The notes under the pieces are model-generated. The model was not told the DNA's origin, did not search any database, and worked only from the letters and a program-made list of their open reading frames with translations. Shown here piece after piece: positions 51,112-62,578 of a stretch of DNA of 64,000 nucleotides (position 1 is its first letter; every line of letters starts with the position of its first letter). The stretch is from Sphaerodactylus townsendi. Its lineage: Eukaryota. The position numbers and the translations under genes were made by a program. The DNA is taken from contig NC_059426.1 in assembly GCF_021028975.2 (NCBI RefSeq), forward strand, positions 37,262,001-37,326,000, read 5' to 3'.

Positions 51112-52040
51112 AATTATATTTTAGTAACTCCACTGAAATTGATGGGCCTAAAGCAGTGTAATTCTGCTTAGGATTGCACTGTAAATATTTCACAGGATTT
51201 TCTTGTTCACTACAAACATTTCATATCCTGTCAGTGATAACACACAGCATTGGATTTCTTTGGAGAATGAGATAAAACCTTAGTAAAACATTTAGTGCTG
51301 AATGTTTGTTTCTCACCTGAGGGAGTTTTGTTAGGATGTATTCTACAGAGTTCTGCAATTAAGTTAAGTTGTTGAAATATTATGTTTCACATTATTCTGA
51401 CACTTTCCTATATTCAGTGATGTGAAGAGAAAAATAGTGTATGCAGTCCTGGGAATTAGCTGATAACCCTTTAAATATTACTTAAGCTCTTGAAAAAGCT
51501 GCAAGGTACCCATGGTACTGGTACAATACAAAATAGCTACTTACCTTCTAAATGTTTCAAAAAACATATGATTTGATTCTCTTTTCATTGTCCTCTGGAC
51601 ACGCCAGACATTCATCAGAAAAAGACATTCATCAGAAGAATCCTCAGTGAGATTTCTCACATTTTTCCCTTTTGCATTTGGGGATGCAGAAATAAGTGGC
51701 CACAAATATAAAAAAGGGAAATCAATGTTATTTTTCATATTTTATGATATTATTCAATTGTTGGAGAAGCAGTAATAGGAGAATGCTAAGCTTAAATCTT
51801 ATTTACCCATTACAAAGGAGCAAATTGCTCCGAATTCACTAGGATTTGCTGCCAGTTAAACATGGTTAGGATCAGGCAGTGCAGGGCATGAGAGATCAAT
51901 GAGCCAAAAATGGTTAAAGCCTTTGTCACTGGAAATTGCTATAGAAATAATAATAATGAATGCTTTGCATAATTGAAAAAGTACTCTTTTCGTATCTTGT
52001 ATAACATATCAGTCTTAAGTAGGTGATTTGGAAAAAAAAA

Positions 52041-52320
52041 GAAGAGAAGAGTTTGAATTTATATCCCCCCTTTCTCTCCTGTAAGGATACTCAAAGGGGC
52101 TTACAATCTCCTTTCCCTTCCCCCCTCACAACAAACACCCTGTGAGGTAAGTGGGGCTGAGAGAGCTCTGAGGAACTGTGACTAACCCAAGGCCACCCAG
52201 CTGGCATGTGTTGGAGTGCACAAGCTAATCTGGTTCACCAGATAAGCCTTCACAGCTCAAGTGGCAGAGCGGGGAATCAAACCCAGTTATCCAGATTAGA
52301 GTGCACCTGCTCTTAACCAC
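52041..52320 (-). mobile_element. Squam3-like SINE
   Basis: Reverse complement of the 43338-43611 family. Confidence 0.9.
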
Positions 52321-52344
52321 ATTGATTTTATTGTTGCTTTAATC

Positions 52345-53605
52345 AGATAGGTTTGCATGCATTTTTTCTGCCCCTTCCACTTTTACAATCCTATGCTACA
52401 TCAAGGACCCATCCTACACCCCAATCTGGAGTGGCTACACTTGACAGGACGGCTATTGAACGGGGCAAATTAACATCACTATGTTATTCTTGTAGAGTAA
52501 CCGACACCCTTCTGGCTTACAGGCATCCTGCAACAAACAGAATGAAACATGCAGAGATTGGTGTTAACTGATTGTGCTCTTAATTCAGATATCCGCCTGG
52601 CTGATGTTATTGTGATGAGGAATAGAACCTTCATTCTGAGCCACTTTAAATGGATAGTCTGCATTGGTTCGAATGGCAATCGAGTGAGTGCCAACAGGAC
52701 TGAGTACAACCTCCAAGAGCGGAATCAATGAATCACTGGGGGTTGGAGTTGGCTTTAAGGAAACGACAAATATCCAGATATCTGGATGGTAGGCTGTGGA
52801 ACAGAGGGCATACTGTAGTTAAGGCTGAGATCTGCAATTTTAACATGGAACAGTGCAGGCCTGTGTCGAGGCCATCCTGTAGAAAGTTAAGAACATCTGG
52901 CCGGGATGGACATTCCAGCTGTACCTTCCTCATCTTAGCCCACCAGACAAAAGCCTTCCATGTACAGCTGTGAATTCCGACAGGGTCATTCTGCACACTG
53001 ACCCAACCTTCCTTCCCAAGGTGGCCTCACACTTCCATCTCCAGTAGGAGATTGTTATTCCAAATTTCTGTCGAAAACCACATCCAAAAGAATGTTTATG
53101 GTACAATTTGGACATGAGATGTGCGCTCAAAGCATTTATCATTCGAACTGAGAGCATACGCCTGACTGAGAGCCTATTTATTAATGTGGCACCTCCAAAT
53201 GTGGGCCATCGGATGTCAACTGCTGCCACCAGTTCGACATTGAAAGCATGCATTGTCGAAATGGATAAAGCTTTAAACCTAACAGTTCCTACAGGCATCA
53301 TGGCCCACTATATTCGTAGCCTCACCACCAATATGGCACTCCACAAAAATATGTTTCAGTAGAGGAACTATTAGTGCAGCAATCTGGTCTTCCCCATCCT
53401 CATTCATCACCCGTTATAGGTTACATTCCTGGGCAGCTGCTCAAAAGGCCTTCGGCCAGGGGGTCTTGGAGCATGTCCTTGGGGACTGTTGATGACCCAC
53501 CCAACCTTTGGGACACTGCTCTGGGAGGTCCCATGCAAGATGGCCTCCACCTCCAGGAGAACGGTCCATTGGATACTTACTGTGAAGGGCCTTTCCCCTG
53601 GTAGT
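52345..53605 (+). mobile_element. DIRS (tyrosine-recombinase) retrotransposon 3' part, with internal inversion
   Basis: 'LHAFF.PLPLL' (methyltransferase-like motif), 'DTLLAYRHPATNR', YR motifs 'PFEP...KVLFLITITSARRISEL' (inverted), 'FLPKV', 'LDMRCALK', 'AHYIR', 'TFITRY', and a DIRS-type 3' end (GGAGAACGG...GATACTTAC...CCTTTC). Confidence 0.88.
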
Positions 53606-53620
53606 AGCATCAATGATAGT

Positions 53621-53726
53621 CAGTGGCGTAGTGTCAAGGGGCTGTTCTGGGCGCACGCCAGTGTGGGGCCATTCTGGGGTCGGGCAGGGGTGTGACAGGG
53701 CGCAGTTCCCCCTCTCTCCGGCCCTG
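53621..53726. mobile_element. Short GC-rich hAT MITE (106 bp)
   Basis: CAGTGGCG...CGGCCCTG; TSD ATGATAGT/ATGATGGT. Confidence 0.7.
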
Positions 53727-54313
53727 ATGATGGTAGAAGCCTTTTTTTTACCATAGAGTTTGCCCAAATACCAGCGCAGACCCAGAATCAGTGGTGATGT
53801 GATGATGTCATTGAATCAATATCAACCTCTCTCTGGCCTCAGGTAAGTCATCATTGACTAATTGAATGGTATCCGGAGAGGGGACTTGGAGCAGAAAGTC
53901 CTGCGGCCCCAGCAGGGAATGACAACCTTATGTTATTAATGACAGCCTTAAATGTTATTATGTCTTGTAATGCTCTCACTAGTTGCCTGATATCGTCACA
54001 TTCTGTAATTCGACTGGCTGAAAGTTTTTGTCATACTTATCATTTATCTTGGGTCCCAGCAAGAAGACACATTGTAAATGAATACAATAATATATCCATT
54101 TGCAACAGGGGATCTCCCACCGCTGTGCTTTCTTTTCCACAGCCACTAACATTTACAGCGGGAGAAAAAAGTGCAGAGAAATGGCGTCTCGCCGATAAGC
54201 AATACACCTTTTGATTTCCACACTAGGAATTTATCAAAGGAGATTTGAAGTATTCCTGGAGCAACATGCAGAAGTTACACCACTTTTAGGTCAGACATGA
54301 TAATCCTCTAAGG

Positions 54314-54499
54314 CAGTGGTTCTCAACCTTCCTAATTCCGTGACCCTTTAATATAGTTCCTCATGTTGTGGTGACCCCCAACCCTAACATTTATCCATTT
54401 TACAGATGGAGAACACTGATGCAGAGAGTCTTAGACGACCCCTGTGAAAGGGTCGTTCGACCCCCAAAGGGGTCCCAACCCCCAGGTTGAGAACCACTG
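54314..54499 (-). mobile_element. SPIN (hAT) non-autonomous MITE, 186 bp
   Basis: Inverted copy of 40886-41071; perfect TSD CTCTAAGG. Confidence 0.92.
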
Positions 54500-56209
54500 C
54501 TCTAAGGGGTTGTGGGGAGAGGCCTGGCACCCCTAGCATGCAGATTCCGTAGAAGGACTTCGGAAAAGCAGGGCAGAACAAGCCTAGACCTAGGAAGAGA
54601 TGGTCACATGTACCTGAAAATGCAGCAGGCTGAAGGATGTGAAAAGGTTTGGAAAAACGGGGTGTAAGTGTATTTTAATAAAGCAGTCCTGTAAACTATC
54701 AGTTTTTAATCATCTCAATAGCAACACTCACAGTCTGTCTATTCGACAGCACTGCTACTGATTTTTGTAAAGAAAAATTAACATATCAGCAGCTTCAATG
54801 TCAATTCTGTGTGCAGATAATAATCAGTAAGGCCAGTTTTGGAAAATTCATATTCTGTAGGCATGGACAATCCTGGAATTGAGTGCCAGTTTTCCTAGCT
54901 GAAAATGTTCAAACATTTACATTAATATAAAAATGGGAAATGAATCCATATGTTTGGAACTTCTAAAAGGGAATAATCCTATGGAATATGGACACAGAAG
55001 AGTTGTTTAGAGATATAAATGCTTAAAACCACCACTTCCTCGTTTTCTGAGGCAAAGATTGGACATAAAATGGAATATGCAGGTGAAAGCTTTGCTAATA
55101 TATTTTGGTTATAGCTATTTTTAATGTGTGGAATTTTTTGCACATTTCAAACAGTTGGTTACACTGAGATAACATCCCTATTGCTCCGTTCAGCCAGTGA
55201 TTTGATTGCATAAATAAATGAGGGAAAAGACACATGCGACCTTTTTTTTTTTTTTTTTGAGCAGTGCGGCTGATTTTGAAGTGTCCTCACCTCATTTGGT
55301 CCAAACATCCATTTCCTCTCCAAGGTTGAGCTAAAAAAAATCATAAGAAACATGAATCTGCTGCCTAAAATAGAAGCCCTCTGCTTGTTTCCTTCTGTAA
55401 TGAGTTACAATATACCCTATATTCAGAGGTCTCGATGTAGAGGGTTTTCCCTTCCCCTGCAAGCATCAGCCAATGAAAAGGAAAGAAGGAGAAGGACAGC
55501 ACAGTTATATTAGGGCATGAGGTAAATTGTACTGTGTGTCATTGGAGAAAGAAAACAGGAAATCAAGATGTAGTTGCCATTCTTGGCTGCTTCATTCCTC
55601 AACCGGTGTCTGTTAAATGATTGAAGTTATAAACTGCAATTGAATCCAGAGAATTGGAGGATCATTTTTGCAGGGAGATGAGATATTTTGTGGTGTGGGG
55701 TCACTGTTGTGTGGGGAGATAATTCTTGATCCAGTAGGTTTTGGAGAAACAGGTGATAGCAGTGGTGCTTTCCACGAGTTACATCTTTATATCTAATAGT
55801 GACATCCTATGTGCAGATATCTGAATCCATGGATTGGGGCAACATTGACACTGAACTGAGATTTCCCTGTAAACTTGGGGGACCCTTCAGGTTTGAAGAA
55901 AAACTGTGTGCCAAGCACCATTAACAGATTACTCCCAGTCTTTTAACAGCAACAAGTTTTACCACCCCAGGGACAGCTTGTCCTAAGTTATCTGTGGTCT
56001 TGCAGTATCTAGATTGGATTATTGTAGCAAGGTTTACATGAGGTTAACCTTGAAAACTGTTCAGAAACTTCAGCTGTTTCAAGATAAAGAAGCTAGATTA
56101 ATATCTGGGGCACACTGATTTCAGAATATTTTTCCTGTTCTAAAAGATTGGCGGGATGTTGTTTTTGACCTTTAGGGCCTTAAATGGTTAGGAATCAGAA
56201 TAACTAATG

Positions 56210-56383
56210 TAGTGGTGTCGGACCCACAGGGCAGGGGGGCACGATGCCTCAGGTGGAGCAGCGGCAGAAGTGTGGTCGGGCCATCAAGGGGGCATGGTGG
56301 GGCGTTCCGGGGTGGGCGACACTGCGGCAGGGGGCGCAGCGTGCACGAAGGCCCGGGCGCAGTTTCCCCTTGCTCCACCTCTG
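56210..56383. mobile_element. GC-rich hAT MITE (174 bp)
   Basis: Shares GGGCGCAGTT(T)CCCC end with 53621-53726; TSD AACTAATG/AACTGATG. Confidence 0.7.
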
Positions 56384-56571
56384 AACTGATGCACTTCCTA
56401 ACTGTCCAAACTTTCGCATCTGTGTTAAAGGTCAGGGCAGGCCCCTCCCTTCAGAGGTAAAGATAATACTGATGTGAGAGTTTCTTTTAAGTAAGAGCTC
56501 TCTATATATTTTAAGTAAGTTTCTTTTAAGTAAAAGCTCCCTATTCCTAGACAGATGTTGCCTCAGCTACT

Positions 56572-56750
56572 GAGTTTGATTCCCCACTCCTTCACATGAA
56601 GCCTTCTGGGTGACTTTGGGCCAGTCACAGGTCTCTCTGAACTATCTCAACTCATGTGGAGGCAGGCAACGGCAAACCATCTCTGCGTGTCTCTTGCCTT
56701 GAAAACCCTATGGGGTCGGCATAAGTCAGCTGGGACTTGGTGGACCTTTC
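56572..56750 (+). mobile_element. tRNA/CORE SINE with RTE-type tail
   Basis: GTTTGATTCCCCACTCC B-box and TGGGTGACTTTGGGCCAGTCAC core, then GGCAGGCAACGGCAAACC...TTGAAAACCC...CATAAGTCAGCTG tail. Confidence 0.7.
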
Positions 56751-58244
56751 CACTGCTACACATTATTTTAATTTTAGCACCAGTTTAAGACTTTAATTAA
56801 GGCTTTTGGTGTGGGCTGATGTTTTATTGGATTGTATCTGATTTTTATATAATAAACATTTTAATCAAAATCCAAAGGCACAAGCATGAAAAATATTCCA
56901 TGTAATTATAAAAGTACATCAAAGAACTCTTTACTTTCAATGGGGCTACCCCAAAGTGAGCAATTGAATTTCAGGTATTCAGTTGCATTGTTGTAATTAT
57001 AGTAACTTCAGCTGCCTTGAACAGTTAAGCAAATCATCTTTTGAACTATTCTGACTTTAAATTATTGACTGGCCTAAAGGCCATAATAATAATAAACAAA
57101 CTAAACTAAGCTTTTGAACTATAGCTACAAGCATTTTTTTCCTATATGACAGATTTCCCCAAATAGTTTTAATTTCTATTTATTTATATTTATACACTTT
57201 TTTTGTTGCATTGGGAACCCCAAGTGGGTTACAAAATTGGTCCTCCCTCTTCCATTTCATACATGAGATAAGTAAGATCTGGAGAGAGTGACTGGCCCGG
57301 GGTCACCTAGCAAGCTTCTCTGGTCGAGTGGGAACTGGGTGTGCCAGATTCTCTAGCCTGACACTCTAACTCCTGCCTCACACTGGCTGTCAGATTCCTA
57401 TGAGGTTGTTCAGTTGTTTGATTAACAAGATGATGGTACAGTAGTAGATGGTCCTTCCTACGCCACTGTACTATTAGTTCGCTGGGCAAAGCTAGTAGGC
57501 TGTTCAGTCTACAAAATATGTGGGAATATTCAATGGCATGTCACCTGCCATCTTCTCTGAACGGACATCCCATGTTATTTTCATGGTCCTTCAGTTTTCT
57601 ACCAGGCTATCAAAATGTGAAGGAAAGTGCTCAACTGTGAAAAGATTATTAGGTTCTTCCTTGCCATGATATCTTTTTCTGATTTCAGGTTTTAAACACC
57701 CACATATTTCACACAATGATGGTGCTTTCCGTGGCAGTCTCTAGCTCAAAGGGATGGAATAGAAGTAAAATATGAATAGCCAGATCACCCTATATAATAG
57801 CCAGATCACCCTACATAAGAGTAAGCATACTCTTCAACTCTTTGGCAAACTTGAAATGTAATATGTTTTACTAAAACTTCATTAAATATCTTCCAGTCGC
57901 TTTTATGCATTTCATTTCCCATTATGCCAATTATGAAGACACCGTGTCAAGGAATAAAATTAATTACCTGTAATTCTTGTTCTCAGAAGACAGCCACATG
58001 AGCCTCAGAGTCAGGGTCTATTGTGCAAGGGTAGAGATGTGTTGTGACATTTAGCTCATATTTCTCCAGAGGTTTCGCCTTTCTAATCATCCTGCACCTC
58101 CCGCCCTATTCTTCTAGCAACGAAGAAAAAAAAAATACACGGTTGCATCACGATTTACAATAAGAGAAGTAGCCATGATACGAAAGCACTGCTAATGCTT
58201 GGTCCAACCATTCTCTTGTGTCTCAAGCCCTCGTGAATTCTTAC

Positions 58245-58292
58245 AGAGCGGAAGGACTGGTTCCTAATGTTGGTACTGTTGAACATACTTGC
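58245..58292 (-). other. Candidate 48-nt exon
   Basis: Minus-strand acceptor TTCTTTGTTTTATCTGCTTGTTCCTTCAG, donor GTAAGA, 48 nt; open frames ASMFNSTNIRNQSFRS or QVCSTVPTLGTSPSA; non-repeat context. Confidence 0.3.
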
Positions 58293-58874
58293 CTGAAGGA
58301 ACAAGCAGATAAAACAAAGAACCTGATGCTACACCTTTGTAATAAGTACAGATATGTGACACACTGGAAAACTAGGACAGTTTTTTTAAAAAAAGAATTA
58401 TTACTAAGAGTTCATCATAGGAATCCACAATTCTACAGTGAAAACTGGGTGGGGTTTTTTCATTTGTTTTTGCAAAAATAAAAAAATGTTCAGAGTTTTC
58501 AGAGTTATCTTACTGTGAGTGTATATATGTGTGGGTCATTTTCAATGAAACAATCTTTATTTTAATTCAAATCACATGGCGGCGGCTGCTAAGTATGCCA
58601 AGGGCAGGCAGGCAAGCTGTTTCTTTAAAGTAACTTTTCAGAATAAATGCAGAATTCATAACACATCTTTAATGCCTGTGCAATCCTGGAAATAAGCTTG
58701 GCTTACTACTAAAATGATGGCAGAGGACTGGGCAATATTTCAACAAATTTAAATAGAAAGGCATAAGGTTAGATTGTTCATGTTCCTTTTAATCAGCTAC
58801 TTGAGCAAAGAAGGGTATTTGAAAAAGAGACTTCTTTGAGATAAGTACTAGTATCTATAGCTGCAAATAATGTT

Positions 58875-58906
<32 letters not shown>

Positions 58907-60099
58907 TTTGGTATACCGCCCAATCCCCGGAGGGCTCTAATGTTGGTAGCAGCATGCATCAATTCCCAAAACTTTTAACCATCCAAAGACAGAGCCTTAC
59001 ACCTTTCTATTTTTATTTTATTTTTATTTATTTTGTTTACTTCATTTTAGTTATTTTTTGTTTTCTTTTTCTTTTTTCTTTCAAAAACATTAAAATTATT
59101 TTAAAAAACGCTCAAAATTCAACACCTAATAAAAAAAGAAAAAAGTATATATTAAGTAATATAATAGTGGTGGCAGATTTACATCTAAGTTTCTATTTAA
59201 AATTTCCAAATGTCTAAAAATAAGTCCACATGTAGTTGTACTCGATACACTATGTGTTCAAATGTTGATAAAGTTGTACGGTTCTCAATCCATTGATTTG
59301 TGGAGGTGAGCATTTATCTTTTCAGTGCTGCAATATGAGTCGTCTGCTATTGCAAGGGCATTTTTGTTGACCATCAGTTCACTTCCAAGAGGCAGACAGA
59401 TGGTTTGAAAGGACCTAGTTTCTTGAGCTATCTGGAATTGTACCTTCTCAAATCTTGGAATTCTTTTGTCATACCAAGTAAAACATAATACTGGCCTGTG
59501 ATCAGGTCTAGGCAGCTCGTCAGAGGCCTAGGATACTCCTCTTACCTCAACAGAGTATGAACCAGAGTTGTCAAACAATGCCTGACATCCAGCAGAAGGG
59601 TTGCAGGCAGGGATGTGGGGTATGTTATCCGCAGTCACTTCCAGGTTGCACCCAGAAGTAACATTTCAGCACAGAGGACAATGGTGTGTTTTTTTCCTTC
59701 CTCGTAATTCAGAGTGCCATTGAATAATGGCAGTGATTGGTGGGAGGTTTCCCAATATAGTGGGAGTTCTGGCAACCATAGTATGAACTGATCTCTGGAC
59801 AGATCAGGTCTACATGACTGTTCTTGCTACATTTCAGCCCGTTTCCATCTGATACCAATTCCTTGTGTTTCCAGTTATCCTGTTTTGGTAGGACTAGATT
59901 CAGTTATGGCTACTCAAAGACCTCTGGGTCTTGATATATGGATTCAAATCAGCAAAGGAATTTTAATTTATATCTTGCCACTCATATAAGGAGATAAGGT
60001 ACCAGACAAATATTTTAAACAAATACACAATTGCTATGTATATGGTTTGTTTCACTGAAATTAAGTGTGGCTTATGACCTTAGTTATAGGACCTTGGTT

Positions 60100-60250
60100 G
60101 ACTAATGTTCTTTGACAGTCAGTTGATGGGTAGTGTGTCCCTGTTGGTACTTTTGAATTTGTCAGTGGCTTTTAATACTTTCACCGTTGCATCATTCTGG
60201 GCTGTTTAGCTGTGAGGATTTGGGGTGTGTAAGTGCATTGTTTTCCAGTG
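60100..60250 (+). mobile_element. L2 RT fragment
   Basis: 'GSVSLLVLLNLSVAFNT' motif. Confidence 0.55.
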
Positions 60251-60340
60251 ACTCCTATCCTGCCTAGCAATGATGCTAGAGACCAGAGTTGTTTTTATTG
60301 ACTAGTTGTGTGTGTATCCTTTGGAACTATTCATATTTTG

Positions 60341-61478
60341 TCGAAGGCTTTCACTGCCGGATTCAACTGGTTCTGGTGGTTTTTCCGGGCTGTGTGGCCA
60401 TGGTCTGGTGGGTTTTGTTCCTCTGCCTCTTCTTGCTTTTCCCACTACAGATCTCACACCGTCCTCTGCAGTGAACATCGTCAGCTGCCACTCTTGGCTT
60501 CCCTCTCTGGTGCCACTGGCAAACTCACTAGGCCTCTGAGGGCTAACTGCGGGCAACTTACCAGTTATGATGGATATCTAGTCCCTTCTTTACCTGAGGT
60601 GCTGTGCCTCTTTCTATCAATTGCCGGGGAGCGTGGGTCAGAGACTGTTCCTGCAATCTTCCTGCTTCTGGTAGCCATTGATAGACTCCCACAAGCCACA
60701 CTTGCAGTGAATCCCCACTGCCACCAAGCTCAACATTGTTTTGTCTCAGTTCCCCTCCCCTCAGAACTGCGACATCCTTGTCGCAGTTATGAACTACACT
60801 TTTCTGCCGGAACAAGGTCGATACCGCTTCGAGGCTTCGAAGTGGGGAAGCATCGAAACGACACCTCATCCGTTCAACCAATCACGAGCCGCTTTTGTGG
60901 CATACGCAGAACGGGAGGAGAGTGCGTGTGGGTGGGCAGAAAGCGCATGTAACTGTAAACTGTAAAAACTGTAAAAAAAAAAAGAACGCTCCCGTTTCCC
61001 GCCGTAACACAAGCTCCAATCACGATCGAGGAGCGAAACAGGCACCAAGATGATCCTGCCCACTTAGCTCGGTTCCAGGGGGCCAACTCAGTTGCTGTGG
61101 GGACAGCCTGGAATCGTCCTCCACTGAAGGGAACCGAGTCGACCTTAGCTCCCTTCTGTAGTGGGGAAAGCCCCTATAGCTTGCACAGTCCACTGGATGA
61201 GCCGCTGCAGAAAATTAGCCTCCCCTGCTTCTCAACCCTGTGGAGTAAGTGCAACTCCCCCAATCCTTGGGAAAGGTAAGGGAAATGAGAGAGGCATCAG
61301 TTGTGTCCAATGCCTCTGCCAATAAGGACAGAAAAAGAGCCCAGGTACTATCCGGGCCCGCCTTCGGGTTTTAGCTGTGCCCAGCTGCAGCCTACTGGGA
61401 AGTTTGCAGAATGGCAGGAAGTTGCCCGCAGTTAGCCCTCAGAGGCCTAGTGAGTTTGCCTACCAGAACCAGAACCAG
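60341..61478. mobile_element. Composite insertion with Penelope-like ends, bounded by a TSD
   Basis: Direct repeat TATTCATATTTTG at 60328-60340 and 61479-61491; PLE pLTR end at ~60338-60422; perfect 42-bp inverted repeat at 60518-60559/61419-61460. Confidence 0.75.
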
Positions 61479-61912
61479 TATTCATATTTTGATTTTAATG
61501 CCTTTATATTGTTGTCTTTCGGTGCAAACCAAAAAGGGGTGTGTGGGTAAAATCACCCAGAAGGCAGCGCGATTCTGGCACTGGCCTAAATTCCACTTAT
61601 GCCAGCATAGGTGCCTTTATGCTAGGGTTGAGGAGCTGCGCGGTAATGCGATGTCCCCGTGCAGCCGCAGCACTTCTTTGGCACAGAGGCCTGTGCTGAT
61701 ACTGGAAGGGGTGTTCCTAGGGCCAGCTTTAGTTGGCTTCCTGAGCCCTTCAGCCCAGAAATGCCCCCATTTGCTGGCATGAACTTGTTTGGCAAAACAG
61801 TGGGGTTAGCTGCCTTGAGTAATTCTGTAGAACAAGATGCAAAAGCATTAATTGGGACAGCATATAAATGGGACAGAACAGATTAACAGTGCCATTCTGA
61901 GCAGAGTTGTGG

Positions 61913-62190
61913 CTGGCTGTTGTGGGGTTTCTGAGCTGTGTGGCCGTGGTCTGATAGTTTTGTTTCCTAATGTTTGTCCACATCTATGGCTGGCATCTTC
62001 AGAGGCATGTAAGATGTGTTTCTCTATGTGGCACAGTGAGAGAAACACATTTTACTGTGACATGCATTTGAACATGCCAGCCGTAGATGTGAGTGAAATG
62101 TTAGCAGCAAGAATTACCAGACCACAGCCACACAGCTCAGAAAACCCACAACAGCCAGTTGATTCCTGCCATGAAAACCTTTGCCAATAC
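61913..62190. mobile_element. Palindromic Penelope-derived element (second copy)
   Basis: Inverted pLTR arms; centre GTAAGATGTGTTTCTCT...AGAGAAACACATTTTAC; CATCTTCAGAGG gives CCTCTGAAGATG on the minus strand; PLE terminus GAAAACCTTTGCCAATAC. Confidence 0.8.
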
Positions 62191-62399
62191 AGTAAGATGT
62201 ATTTCTTTTTCAATAGATTTAGAAAGGTGTAACTCTGATTTTGAATACATTGGTTAGGAATACATTGTTAAATTTGTTTAGATTGTGCTCTGTTAAGAAC
62301 ATTTCTAGATTGAGACGACTTAGCTTACTTAAATTTAAACTGTGTTCTTCTGTATGTATCTATTTTGACTCTAAATTAAAGTTAATCTGACCCTGTCCT

Positions 62400-62578
62400 G
62401 CCCTGGATAGCCCAGGCTAGCCTAATCTCATCAGATCTTGGAAGCTAACTAGGGTCAAATATTCCAAGGAACGCTGGGGTCATGATGCAGAGACAGGCAA
62501 TGACAAACCACTTCTACACATCTCTTGCTTTGAAAACTCCACCAGGGGTCGCCATAAGTCAGATGTGACTTGGCAAAA
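62400..62578 (+). mobile_element. 5S-derived SINE with RTE-type tail
   Basis: CCTAATCTCATCAGATCTTGGAAGCTAACTAGGG head; GGGGTCGCCATAAGTCAGATGTGACTTG tail. Confidence 0.7.

Noticed and set aside
60531-60545. GGCCTCTGAGGG in the 42-bp inverted repeat as a hammerhead core
   Set aside because: CTGAGGG violates CUGANGA and no matching GAAA box follows.
60308-60952. 214-aa plus-strand ORF
   Set aside because: Crosses the TSD, the PLE end and the cargo junctions, so it is a chance read-through in GC-rich DNA.
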